From Octopus bimaculoides (Eukaryota), in the NCBI RefSeq assembly GCF_001194135.2, contig NC_068983.1, positions 57,301,526 through 57,365,525 on the forward strand: a stretch of DNA of 64,000 nt, given 5' to 3'. A model generated the notes under the pieces. That model was not told where the DNA came from. It did no database searches and worked only from the letters and a program-made list of their open reading frames with translations. Made by a program: the position numbers and the translations under genes. Shown in pieces: positions 24,066 through 36,524 of the stretch (position 1 is its first letter; each line of letters opens with the position of its first letter).

Positions 24066-24540
24066 TTTTTTATTATTATTATTATTAAGGTGGTGAGCTG
24101 GCAGAATCATTAGCATGCTGCATGAAATTCTTACCGGCATTTCACCCGTCGTTACATTGTCAGTTCAAATTCCTCCGAGATTGACTTTGCCTTTCATCCT
24201 TTCAGAGTCGATTGAATAAGTACCAGTTATGCACTGGGGTTGATGTAATCGACTTAATCCCTTCCCCCAACTTTGGGGCGTTGTGCTTCCAGTAGAAAGG
24301 ATTATTATTAAGACGGAGAGCTGGCAGGACCACTAGCAGGCCAGGCGAAATACTTAGCAGTATTTTGTCTGTCTTTACATTCCGCGTTCAAATTCTACCG
24401 AGGTTGATTTTTGCCTTTCATCCTTTTGGGGGTTGATAAAATAAGTACCAGTTGAACACTGGGGATGATGTAATCAATTAATCCACTTCCCTAGAACTGC
24501 TGGCCTTATGCCAAAATTTGAAACCATTATTATCATTTTT
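22970..24540 (+). mobile_element. stack of four SINE S2 copies (23045, 23705, 24085, 24310) and one near-consensus S1 (23282-23672) separated by (ATT)n
   Basis: Repeated GAGCTGGCAGAA heads, TTCAAATTC B-box-like blocks and AGAAAGGATTATTATT tails. Confidence 0.85.
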
Positions 24541-24913
24541 GTTATTTTTGTTTGATTTTGTTGGGGGACAAGACTGGATGAGATGGTTCGGTCTGTTATT
24601 TTTATGAAGTGAAACAAAACATAAATTCGACATTGATGGAATCAACCCTTAAAAACATTAGAAGGCATGAATTACATGCATGTCTGTGAGTGTCATGTGT
24701 GCCTGTGTGTCTGCGTGTGTGTGTGTGCTGAATTAAGCAGCCAAGAATTCTATGAGACAATTATCAAATAAAGAAATGGAGCATAATGAAGATTCCATAA
24801 TACTTGGATTTTAAGGAACCTGTCAACCACCACCATCAATCTACTGCAAAAATACCTCTGTATGTATGTGTATATATACATAATATATATATACATATAT
24901 ACATATTGTCGCC

Positions 24914-24956
<43 letters not shown>

Positions 24957-25895
24957 AAATATTAAATGAGTATATACATATATACGTACAGATATGTGCA
25001 TACCGACATCCACCTGTATGTATAGGTGCATATCTGGGTACAGGACATTGCAAACAAAACGTAGACGAGAATTCACACGAGCCACATAGAGAACATTCTA
25101 CTTCATCAGCTACCCCCGTTTAACACCGGCGTTTCGAAGAGCTGGGCAGGANNNNNNNNNNNNNNNNNNNNNNNNNNNNNNNNNNNNNNNNNNNNNNNNN
25201 NNNNNNNNNNNNNNNNNNNNNNNNNNNNNNNNNNNNNNNNNNNNNNNNNNNNNNNNNNNNNNNNNNNNNNNNNNNNNNNNNNNNNNNNNNNNNNNNNNNN
25301 NNNNNNNNNNNNNNNNNNNNNNNNNNNNNNNNNNNNNNNNNNNNNNNNNNNNNNNNNNNNNNNNNNNNNNNNNNNNNNNNNNNNNNNNNNNNNNNNNNNN
25401 NNNNNNNNNNNNNNNNNNNNNNNNNNNNNNNNNNNNNNNNNNNNNNNNNNNNNNNNNNNNNNNNNNNNNNNNNNNNNNNNNNNNNNNNNNNNNNNNNNNN
25501 NNNNNNNNNNNNNNNNNNNNNNNNNNNNNNNNNNNNNNNNNNNNNNNNNNNNNNNNNNNNNNNNNNNNNNNNNNNNNNNNNNNNNNNNNNNNAGGAAGTA
25601 GAAGAATAGGTGAGCAACGAGAGGAAAAGAGAAAGAGAGGAAGTACGAGGGGGGAAAAAAGAGATACGTAGTAGTAACAGAGAAAGAACGAGAGGGGTAA
25701 AGCGAGATACGTAGTAGTAAAGAGGAAGAACGAGAGGGGGAAAAAGGATAGAGGAAGAGAAAGAGATAGTGTAGCGTCGGAAAATATGAAGTTACGAAAA
25801 CTACTTACAAATAGTAAATGAGTATATGCATATATACGTACAGGTATATGCATACCGACATCCACCTGTACACACATATATATACACACATATAT

Positions 25896-25930
<35 letters not shown>

Positions 25931-25949
25931 CATTGTCACCATTTTATAT

Positions 25950-26783
25950 TTTTAATTTCACGCATGTGCATTGTTTTTTATTTTGTCGACTACACAGTAT
26001 AGTAGGGTCAGTTGGGTACTGTCTATGAGAAAAACAATATCATGACGCAATTCACTCTGCCAGAAATTTGGAAATGACAAGCTGTACTGCTTGGCATATG
26101 TACTGTTTCAGATTGTTCAGTTGTCAATCTGAGGACAGTGTTATCTGAAGACATGTTCCGAGCATGATAAAGAACAAACATCCAGTCAATATCATAGGGT
26201 TTGGAGTGATCAGTAGTGATGGTGAGATTATGCCTCCATTCATCTTCTCACACAGTCTCAGACTCAATACAGAGGCCTACTTCAAGTACATGGGGGAGGT
26301 AGTGTTGCCCTGGATGAAGAGGGTGGCTGCTGGAAGACCCTATGTCTGGCAACAAGACCATACACCATGCCACAGAAACGGGAGGACCCAGTCGTGGCTA
26401 CCAGACAATTTTTGTGACTACATCACTCCTAAAATCTGGCCACCTAACTCGCCACCTTAGAATCCCCTTGATTATGATGTGTGGGGTGCAGTTGAGTAAA
26501 AGACCAACAACACTCCTTGTAACACCAAAGATGAACTGAAGGAAAGAATTGTGGCAGCATTCACCAACTTAAGCAAAAACACCACCCAGAAGAGTTGCAA
26601 AAGATTCCAAAGTCGTGTAGAGGCCGTGGTTGAAGCCAATGGCGATTTAATTGAATAAATTTACTCTTTAGTATTTCAAGTTATTTTTATATAATTTTGG
26701 TAAATATATCTGTTAAAATGAAATGTTAGTTTTATTTTCATTTTAGCATAATTTAGACAAAAGTCTATTCACCGCACCCTGTA
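25950..26783 (+). mobile_element. maT/DD37D-like Tc1-mariner relic, internally deleted, right TIR present
   Basis: FGVISSDGEIMPPFIF...YVWQQDHTPCH...WPPNSPP*NPLDYDVWGAVE...RFQSRVEAVVEANGDLIE*; ends CACCGCACCCTG-TA. Confidence 0.85.
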
Positions 26784-26889
26784 TATACATATGAAGAGAA
26801 AACAAATGCCATTTAAAATTTACATTGTTTTAGTCTAGCCTTCTTTGAATTGATGTATCCAAGTTCTAGGAACATGTATGTATGTATGT

Positions 26890-27070
26890 ATGTATGATGA
26901 GCTCCTTTCAATTCCTGTCTCCAAAATCTACACACACATGCACACATACACAAGGCTTTGGTTGGCCCAAGGACAAAGTAGAAAACAATGGCTTAAAGTA
27001 CAGCACAGTAGAACTGAACCTGAGTCTACATGATTGAAAATAACCTTCTTAACTACACAGTCACATCTGC
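26890..27070 (-). mobile_element. SINE S1, diverged
   Basis: CAAGGCTTTGGTTGGCCCAAGG...ACTGAACC...ACTACACAG. Confidence 0.6.
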
Positions 27071-27549
27071 GATCTCTATGCCTCTGCTTCCATTTTGTAT
27101 AATACTTCAATACGCTCTGCTTTTACTTCAAATCTTACTAATTTTAATGAAATACGCATCAGAAATTAAAAATTCACAAGTAAATTAACATTCAATAATT
27201 GAATAATCACACATTTATTGCGTGTCTCTCTCTATAAAGATTAAACATAATGATAATGGCGTAATTATTACTTATGCATTGAAGGGCCATAGCAGAGAAT
27301 AAACTTTCAGTAACAAGTCATTTCTTGGTCATAACAGTCTTTCGTACCTTTCAGAAAGACGTGAATGTCATTTAATTTCTATTTCTCTTCCCATATAAAT
27401 TGTTCAGAATTGAGAGCTCAGTCATAAATGCAGAAAATAAAAGTATCACAGACATGAGAAAAGATCATAAATAAAGCTGTAAACTCAAAGAGCTGTTGAT
27501 GCAACAAATGCTTAAAATTGGGAAGAACAAGAGACAATTATATTTCCAT

Positions 27550-27880
27550 CAACGAACACTCTGTCAGTTATGACGATGGGTGTTGCAGATGATCCAGTAA
27601 ACAGAACAGCCAAATTGTGAAATCAAGATGCAAGTGACTGAGTATCCCACAACCAAGGGTACCCTTAACCTTATAGTTAAGGAGATTCAGCATGATACAG
27701 AGTGCGACAAGTCTGCTCCTTTCAAATACAACTCACTTTTGCCAGCTGAACTGACTAGAGTTACATAAAATAAAGCGTCTTTCTCAAGGATACAACGCAC
27801 CCCCTAGGAATCGAACTCTCAATCTTATGACCACAAGCCAAATGCTAATAACCACTAAGCCACATGCATTCACTGTCTCT
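27550..27880 (-). mobile_element. SINE S3 with shared central module
   Basis: tRNA-like head (GTGGCTTAGTGG...GTTCGATTCC on minus strand) plus GGAGATTCAGC...GACAAG module. Confidence 0.6.
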
Positions 27881-27892
27881 ATTAAATCACAC

Positions 27893-28328
27893 GAAAGCTT
27901 GCTTACCAACCACATGGTTCCGAGTTTAGTCCCAATGCGTGGCACCTTGGGCAAGTGTCTTCTACTATAGCCTCAGGCCGACCAAAGCCTTGTGAATGTA
28001 TTTGGTAGGCGGAAACTGAAAGAAGCCNNNNNNNNNNNNNNNNNNNNNNNNNNNNNNNNNNNNNNNNNNNNNNNNNNNNNNNNNNNNNNNNNNNNNNNNN
28101 NNNNNNNNNNNNNNNNNNNNNNNNNNNNNNNNNNNNNNNNNNNNNNNNNNNNNNNNNNNNNNNNNNNNNNNNNCATTTACGTCCCCGCAACTTAGCGGTT
28201 TGGCAAAAGAGACTGATAGAATAAGTACTAGGCTTACAAAGAATAAGTCCTGGAATCGATTTGCTCCACCAAAGGCGGTGCTCCAGCATGGCCACAAGTC
28301 AAATGACTGAAACAAGTAAAAGAATAAA
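27893..28328 (+). mobile_element. SINE S1 spanning a gap
   Basis: Head and 3' end match S1. Confidence 0.85.
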
Positions 28329-28429
28329 AGAATATATATATATATATATATATGATGGATTCTCTTTTTGTGAATAATAAATGATGGTTCAGAAAAATGA
28401 AGCATTGATCATGTTCTACAAACACAAAC

Positions 28430-28670
28430 GTGTCTCTTGAGGTGGTCCGCTGGTGTCTCATGCCACAAAACCACAATGAGAGATAAGGTTCCCATTTAGA
28501 GGAGCAGCGTTTGGCCAACGTGCCTTCAGGCTTGCATGAAGTTGGGAGGCCACTCTTGAGCATTCAAAGACAAACTAAAAGGCCATCTGAAGCAATGCAA
28601 CATTCCCTTTTTCTTTCTGGGAAAACTAAGCATCAGAACGCAGGACATGGCTCCAGTCCTGCCACTCCTT
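28430..28670 (+). pseudogene. RTE-type ORF2 C-terminal relic
   Basis: GRPLL/FKDKLKGHLKQCNI...WE..ASER..W resembles the RTE GRP..R.KD..K..LK..I...W..A.DR..W motif; frameshifted. Confidence 0.45.
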
Positions 28671-28689
28671 AGTTCAAACATATGTATAA

Positions 28690-28880
28690 ATAAATATATG
28701 TATTGTGAGAATTTACAAAAAGACAAAAGATGACGGGTGTGTAAATAACAAATAGATGTATTAGTTTAATGCTCAGGAAGTGAGAAAATCTTTTACATTT
28801 CGAGCCTACGCTCTTCGACAGAAAGGAACACAGAAATAAACAGCAAGAGAAAATAGAAAAAGGTTTAGTAGCTAACAATC
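28690..28880 (-). mobile_element. HHR family 2 repeat (PLE terminal-repeat-like)
   Basis: Reverse complement aligns with about 43395-43570. Confidence 0.75.
28790..28825 (-). ncRNA. hammerhead-like motif with CUGUCGA core (family 2)
   Basis: CUUU / CUGUCGA / A / GAGC-GUAG-GCUC / GAAA / UGUA / AAAG. Confidence 0.6.
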
Positions 28881-28897
28881 TGTCATATATATGTGTG

Positions 28898-28928
<31 letters not shown>

Positions 28929-30139
28929 TATATGAATGTATGTATGTATGTATTTATGTACATGTGTGTATGTATGTGAGTATGTGTTTGCGATCATCTT
29001 GCTCGGATACAGGTGAAGGTTAGGATGGGTGTCCACCTACAGAAAACTTGTCTCAGTAATTTCTGTTTAACCCATGGAAGCATGGAAACGGGAACTTTAA
29101 ATAGTATGGGTGGTGATGATGATGACAATGACAGCGATTACAAGACTTGCTTTAAGTAAGTGTTTATTAAAACTAATATTTCGTTTCAGAAATTAAATGA
29201 ATTTTCCGAAAGGAAAAATAAAATTGTATACAAGGAGGATATATGTAACGAAATATCTATATATTCAATATTACATACCATATTTTTCTTTTACTGGAGT
29301 TTTATTCGTTAAAGAGGAAAAAATAAAATGAATGTTTATCTGCTGAACAATGAGAAGGAAAAACTGTCTTCTTGGAAGAAAGCAGAAAGTGTACATATTT
29401 CATATATTTTGAACAATTAAAAATAAAATTCTATCACAACGTGTAGTGGATAAGTGAAACTGAAAACTAATTGAATTCTAGTTTTAGAAAAAAAAACGGT
29501 TGGGAGAAAATAATCTACAATAATATTATTCAAAGTATTTCTTGAAAAGCAATCAAAAAATATTTGGATGTAAAAATAATGGAACTATAGAATAAAAGCA
29601 CATGTGTGTGTATGTGTGTATATTATTTCTTCTGGCACGACACCTTTTAACATAGTTTTCAGGGGAAGTTCAGCAGAACAGAGAATGTGACAAGGGCTGG
29701 CCCTCTGAAGTACAAGAACAACTCGTTTTTGCCAACTGATTGGACTGGAGTTACATGAAATGAAGTATCTTGCTCAAAGAGGCAACGCACCTCTGAGAAT
29801 TGAAGTCACGACCTTAATGCTCATGAGCTAAATGCCCTATCTGCTAACCACACACTTAGTTTGAAGATAAAGAGGCAAGTCTGAGAGAAATGTTCTTTAC
29901 TAGGTGATTTGATAATGATTTTAGGGTGGTTGGATTGTTAACGTATATACTGATTGTTTTTTTGCCAATGCTTTTGGGTTGGTTGAATTGTTTATTGAAT
30001 GTTTTCATTTATAATGTTGAGGTCGTTGGGTTGTGTATCTATATACTAAATTCTTAACTCTGCTTCATCGTACCTTTCCTGATTAAATTAACGTTTTTGG
30101 TTTTGTTTTATTTTTGTTATGTTTCTCATATTTATATCA

Positions 30140-30510
30140 TCGTGGCGCTCCGTTGGTGACGACGACGAGGGTTCCAGTTGATCTGATCAACGGAACAAAC
30201 TGCTCGTGAAATAAACATGCAAGTGGCTGAGCACTCCACAGACACGTGTACCCTAAACGTAGTTCTCGGGGAGATTCAGTGTGACACAGTATGTGACAAG
30301 GCTGGCCGTTTGAATTACAGGCACAAAAGAAACAGGAAGAAAGAGTGAGAGGAAGTTGTGAAGGGGTATAGCAGAGTTCGCCACTAGCCCCTGCCGGAGA
30401 ATCGTGGGGCTTTAGGTGTTTTTGCTCAATAAACACTCACAACGCCCGGTTCAAGGAATCGAATCCGCAAATCCGCTTCCCTAACCATTGTGCCATTACG
30501 CCTCTACATT
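30140..30510 (-). mobile_element. SINE S4 (tRNA-like head, shared central module); head also at 49472-49600 (+)
   Basis: Minus strand GAGGCGTAATGGCACAATGGTTAGG...GATTCGATTCC matches GGAGGCGCAATGGCCCAGTGATTAGGGC at 49472. Confidence 0.75.
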
Positions 30511-31566
30511 TATAGAACACAAAAATTAAATTACGAGAAAACCAGCACTATAACACCCCATTTACGTTGACGTAATTTCTATAAAATATAATTTTATAAA
30601 CCATCTTTTCACCTCCCACACATGACAAAAACAAATACAAAGAAATACTTTTACTTGGAACAAACCATTGTGAAGAGACAGAGGGAGAATAAGACATATT
30701 TTTTGTCCTTTTAAAGTTTTATTAAATTAAGATGTTCTTCTCTATATTTTAGATGAGTGAAATTATTGTTTCGTTGATACTTCGTTCAAAATTCTAAAAT
30801 TCAAATTTTGTATTTTGCACAAAAACTTGTGGCATTTTATTTCCTAAAAGTTAAGATGAGAGGTTAAGAACATTTTTTGCTGTTTTAAATGTGAATCTTG
30901 AATCTTTCGGTGTTGAATGCGATAAAAGTGTTTGCTTTAAATAAACAAAAGAAAAGACAAAATATTTGTGTTAGTGGTGATTGCATTGTTTTTACTTTTT
31001 ATGAGGGGTCTAATGCTTAAGATACATGGATTTAATTTTTTTTCTTCTAAACATGTAGATTATATGTAATTCAATATAAACAATAAAGTAACATGTGGTG
31101 AAAATTTCTTGTTAATAATGATGGCTTTCGTGAAGGTACGAGAAAGAGGTAACGTTTAAAAATAAATGGATCTTTATTTGTTTCTGTTGCTTTTAGAAAA
31201 AGCTTCCTCATCATTTTGAATTGAATGGTTAAAAAAAATTGTAATACGATAACATGTGGGAAAATCCCGAAAAAGGACGGAAAATTTTGATTTATGCATG
31301 ACAGCATTTCCATAGGTTCACCAAAATTACTACTGATAATTGTTTGTAATATTGGATCCATCGAGAAAAAATACTAGGATAAAGCTGAGTGTATGAATAT
31401 TTAATGAGTGCTGTTTGTGACGCAATCATAAAAGCTATAAAGAAATTCAATACAAGTTAGTCGTTTTACCATTTCGATGTGTTTAATAATTGTGAGCAAA
31501 CTCTATGAGTATCGTACAGTTCGTCACCATATCACACGTATTTCGGCCATTTCATTTCTTTCACAG

Positions 31567-31595
31567 AATTAAAAAACACAGAGTATTTAAACAGC
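31567..31595 (+). CDS. candidate 29-nt exon (LKNTEYLNS if phase 1 to 0)
   Basis: Strong acceptor CATTTCATTTCTTTCACAG| and donor AGC|GTAAGG; two frames are open, so phase is ambiguous. Confidence 0.4.
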
Positions 31596-31944
31596 GTAAG
31601 GTACTCGAGTTACGCAATAAAAGTAAATGATGTCAGGTTATATTAAATATGTTATTAATTATTACATCATAAGAGAAATATTAGAAAAGAATAATAGCTT
31701 GGCATTATATTCCAGTATCAAAGCGAAAAAGGATTACATTTCCGCATGACAATATTTCCTTGGTTGGCAATTTTAAACGGAAATGTCTAAAATGGCGGAA
31801 AAACAATTTAAGAATTTATAATAGTTTGTCTCAAATTTATAGGAGACTAGCAGTGGTATTGCATTGCATAAGACTAACACATGCATTATATATACAAATT
31901 ATATATGTATACACACACACACACACACATATATATTTATGTAA

Positions 31945-31992
<48 letters not shown>

Positions 31993-32429
31993 GTGTTATG
32001 GCTTTTTCACAATCTAATAATCCTATACTGTAATTCGATGAATAATTTTATAAAGATCAAGAAACTGACATTTATTTTGCTTTATTTGAAAACAACATCA
32101 CCCCCAACCTAAGACAGTGATCACCACTTTTGACCCAAATTCTAGCAGGGTTCATAACGCCAGCTCAAGTTTCTACCAAACTTGGTGTGCTGACTCAATG
32201 CAATGCAGAAATAGTATATCTGAAATGTCATCTTTCTAGTTGAAGTAGTTTCGGAGTTATGGGCTTTTAAAACCATAATCACTAGGTGGCACTAGCTCCA
32301 CATTTCAGTATTTCCGCTGCCTACATCCTTGTAAATGCAAGAGAGATGTGGAATAAAAGTGTATTTATACATTTTAAAGATTACTGAATTGAAATTGCTC
32401 TATGCAAAGGTTCAAAACTAGGCTGTTTT

Positions 32430-32830
32430 AAGACAGAAGCCACTACAAGCATTCGATAACATACAGAATTAAAAACAATACATATTTTAACTTTATTGGT
32501 TTATTTCCAATTTTAACTGTATAAGAGAAAGGGTGCTGAATGTTGGCAAACTATTAAACATAAAGAATTAATGTTTTGTTAGATAAAATAAATTGAAGCA
32601 TACGTTTCTCCTTTTTACAGACATCATAAAGATCTTGGAGGCACTTCATTGCCCGTTCTGCATTCTGATTTGTTCTGGGAATTTCCAGTTTTGATGGTTC
32701 TCGGCTCCATAAGGTTTTTACAGAGTTCAATGCTTTTTTATGAACTTGCAGGCTACCACATAACTTCTGATAATCATGTGCATTGAACATTTGGTCAGTA
32801 AACCAAAAATCTGCCCAGCTGTAAGAGATG
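32430..32830 (-). pseudogene. probable DNA transposase C-terminal remnant, superfamily uncertain
   Basis: IPRTNQNAERAMKCLQDLY resembles the N.xAERxxK C-terminal motif of cut-and-paste transposases; subterminal-type sequence at about 32090-32290. Confidence 0.35.
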
Positions 32831-33109
32831 AATCAACAAACACTGAGAAGCAAAGCTCTATTCTCTGGTAGAAGAATAAATGCCAAAAGAGTTAGTATTG
32901 CTTGAGAATTCCATCTTGCCTTATTTAAGTTGGATCTTTTTGAAACTTTACGGTTTCTTTTATATAATATATACATATATACACACACATATATAAATGT
33001 ATATCTGTCTATGTATGTAGATGGGTTGACAGATGATTCTTGAAATGAACCTAAATATACATCGTAAGTAATTTAGAGACTAATATTGTGTTAATAAATA
33101 TTGGCTGCA

Positions 33110-34020
33110 TGGCAGTGAGCTGGCAGAAACGTTAGCACGCCAGGTGAATGATTAGCGGTATTTTGTCTGTCTTTACGTTCTGAGTTCAAATTCCGCCGAG
33201 GTCGACTTTGCTTTTCATCCGTTCGGGGTCGATTAAATAAGTACCAGTTACGCACTGGGGTCGATGTAATCTACGTAATTCCTTTGTCTGTCCTTGTTTG
33301 TCCCCTCTATGTTTAGCCCCCTGTGGGCAATAAAAAAATAAATATTGTGTTGAGAAATATCGACTGCAAGCAGTGAGCTGGCAGAAACGTTAGAACACCA
33401 GGCGAAATGCTTAGTGATATTTCGTTTGTCTTTATGTTCTGAGTTCAAATTCTGCCAAGGTCATCTTCGCCATTAATCATTTCGGGGTCGATAAACTAAG
33501 AACCAGTAAAACACTGCGGTCGATTTTATCGACTAGTCCCCTCCCCCAAAATTTCAAGGCCTTGTCCCTTCAATAGAAAGAATTATTATTTCATGTATTA
33601 TCATCAAGATTTAGTATCCCGTTATCTCTTTACTTGCAGACTTCCGCCAATGCCGTGCTTTATATTTCATATTTTAAATGATGTACTGACAACCTTTTTG
33701 CTTTTACAATTACTGTAACGTCTTCTTTTATTTTTTATTGTCCAGTGTTTCATTTTTCTATTTATTATCTTATGCATTAGGGTTTTTTGTAGTATTTTTA
33801 TATGTTAAATCAGCGAGCTGGCAGAAACGTTAGCCAACAGGAAAAATGCTTAGCTGTATTTCATCTGTTTTTACATTCTGAGTTCAAATTCCGCCGAGGT
33901 CAACTCTGCCTTTCATCCTTTCGGAGACGATAAATTAAGCAGCAGTTGCATACTGGGGTCGACCTAAGCGACTGTCCCCGCCCTAAAAAATGTCAGGCCT
34001 TGTGCCCAGAGTAGAAAAGA
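33110..34020 (+). mobile_element. three SINE S2 copies (33110-33345 tail B; 33370-33590 and 33810-34020 tail A)
   Basis: GAGCTGGCAGAAACGTTAG heads; two alternative 3' tails. Confidence 0.85.
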
Positions 34021-34579
34021 ATATATATCGGCTGTGGATATAAAAATGTTGTCTTATTCATGACTGTTTGGTTGAAGTGATGGAAGAAAATCTACAATCA
34101 CATAATACAAAAAAAAAAAATGTTACGATAGTGTCAGGCATCCATTTGATCCAGTTTTCAAACAACAGAAATTATCAGTCATTTTCCCTTCAATATGTTA
34201 TTCATTCCTCAACTCTTTTAACTTTACTATGCTAGAGAGAAGAAGAAGAAGAAGAAGAGAGAGACAGAAAAAGATGAGAGATAGAAAGATAAAAGAGATT
34301 AAAGAGACACAGATAGAAAAACAAAAACATTTTGACGTCACACAAATATACAGTTGTCAACATCATTAATTCGTTATTCCAACTCTTTCTATCTATGTCT
34401 AGCTTTGCATATGCATCTCTCATCTATCTGAAGCTATTATTCTATTACTTCAGGGAGAAAGAGGAGGAGAGAGGTAGAGGCATAGAAAGATTAAAGAGAG
34501 ACAGGGTAAATAAGAAAGCTATTTTGACGTCACACAAATATATTAGTCACCATCCTCAGTGCTTTATTCGTTATTCCAC

Positions 34580-34970
34580 AGCAGTGCTGGATATAACCAT
34601 TAAGTAAAATAAACATGTGTTTATGGCATCAAGGGAAAGATGGGGCACCACAGAAATGGTAAATGGTTTACAGCACAAAAGAAATCGCTTTAACATGCTA
34701 AAATAATATTTGAAATGGTTTATATGATCGGAGATATAATTTCAAAGTGTTTATGGTGTCATGGCCAGGATGTGTTGAAAGACTTGGCAATTATAAAAAC
34801 AAAAATGAGAAAACTTTACGAATATAAATAATACGGAAGTATACAAAAATAAGCATCATTTTCTATCGTACATTTGGTTTTGTTTCATTTTGAAGAATAA
34901 AAAATATTCTATGGTTAATTATTGTTTATATTTTGAATTACATATATATAAGGGGGTCACAAGATCTTGT
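34580..34970 (+). mobile_element. non-autonomous DNA-transposon-like repeat; second copy at 50790-51090
   Basis: Both copies start GC(A/G)GTGCTGGAT..AACCATT and share GGCACCACAGA.ATGGTAAATGGTTTACAGCACAAAAGAAAT. Confidence 0.55.
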
Positions 34971-35029
34971 GTTTAGGACCTCTGAGGGTCTTAATTGAGC
35001 CCTGTTCCTCTGTATTTGCAAGTTACTTG

Positions 35030-35650
35030 GCAACCTCACTAGAGATGGTGTCACATGAAAAGCACTCAGTACACTCTGTAATATAGTTGGTGTTAGGAAA
35101 GACATCTAAGTGTAGAAACCAAGACAAAACCGATTCTAGGACCTGATACAGCCCTGCGTCAAACTATCCAACAAATGCCAGCATAGAAAATGGACGTTAC
35201 ACAATGATGACGATGACGACAATAATCATATGTATACAAGTTTTCTTTGCAAGTCACTTCAATGTGCTTAGCATTATCATTTTTCAGTTCTATATTTAAG
35301 AGATGAGGAATTATATACTTTCATCATCATAATCATCCTTTAACGTCCGCTTTCCATGCTAGCATGGGTTGGACGATGTGACTGAGGACTGGTGAACCAG
35401 ATGGCTACACCAGGCTCCAATCTGATTTGGCAGAGTTTTTACAGCTGGATGCACTTCCTAACGCCAACCACTCCGAGAGTGTAGTGGGTGCTTTTACGTG
35501 CCACCGGCACGAGGGCCAGTCAGGCGGTCCTGGCAACGGCCACACTCAAAATGGTGTATTTTACGTGCCACCTGCACAGGAGCCAGTCCAGCGGCACTGG
35601 CAACGACCTCGCTCGTATGTCTTTTCACGTGCCACCGGCACAAGTGCCAT
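35030..35650. mobile_element. two RTE 3'UTR copies (35030-35220 +; 35322-35650 -), the second inserted into an HHR family 1 tail
   Basis: Family blocks present; family 1 tail pieces flank at 35286-35318 and 35651-35709. Confidence 0.8.
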
Positions 35651-36524
35651 TATTTACATTATTTACATTTGACAGATGAGGACAAATATCCGTCAAATGT
35701 AAATAATGTCAAATATTATCAGTTTTGTTTTTAACAATCAATGAATGTACTAAATTTTGAGCATACTAAATTTTGATGCTGTTCTAAGTTTGAACCATCG
35801 TTTGAGCTTACTTTACCCAATAAAACTCACCTTATTTACACATTTAGAGAGAAAGTTTATATTACTTTGTGCATCCACATCTCTTTCCCAAATAAACAAT
35901 CACTCGCAAATAGATATACACAAACACAGTTACCGTTCGCCTGATCAAAGAGGTTATTCGTTGCGAATTTTCTTCCTGCATATCGCTGATTTATAAGCAA
36001 AAAATGGGCGGATGTCAGCATTGGGTGGCACAAACAAGTTGGAATTTCTCTGTCTTGACGAGGATTTTTCAGATTTTTATATCACGGGACCCTTGGAGAT
36101 GATGGGTAGCATTTTTTGTAGCAAAAATAAATTTTCGAAACACGATTTTTTTAACACCCCAGCCGAGACCGATTTTGGTCGATTTTGCACAATCCACTTA
36201 AAAATGATGCGAGAAACATTTTTGCTAAAAATATTTTATTTTTATTTTTTCAACCCCATATTTATGAATTTCTTTCTTAACAATACATATGGCCTTTTTT
36301 TTAAATAACCTTTTTCCATTACTACACAATTAAAAGTGTTTTGAGGGCTGAGGAATATTAAGCAAAGAAACAAAAAAGCTATCAAATGGTCGTGAGATGT
36401 TCTAAAAACAACTAAATCACTCTTAATTTTTTCTAGGGTTGTTCTGCATCAGTAAGATTTATATAGTAAAAGATTTATATATAAAAGACTTGTAAACCTG
36501 GTGAAGTCTTTTAGTCATATATGG

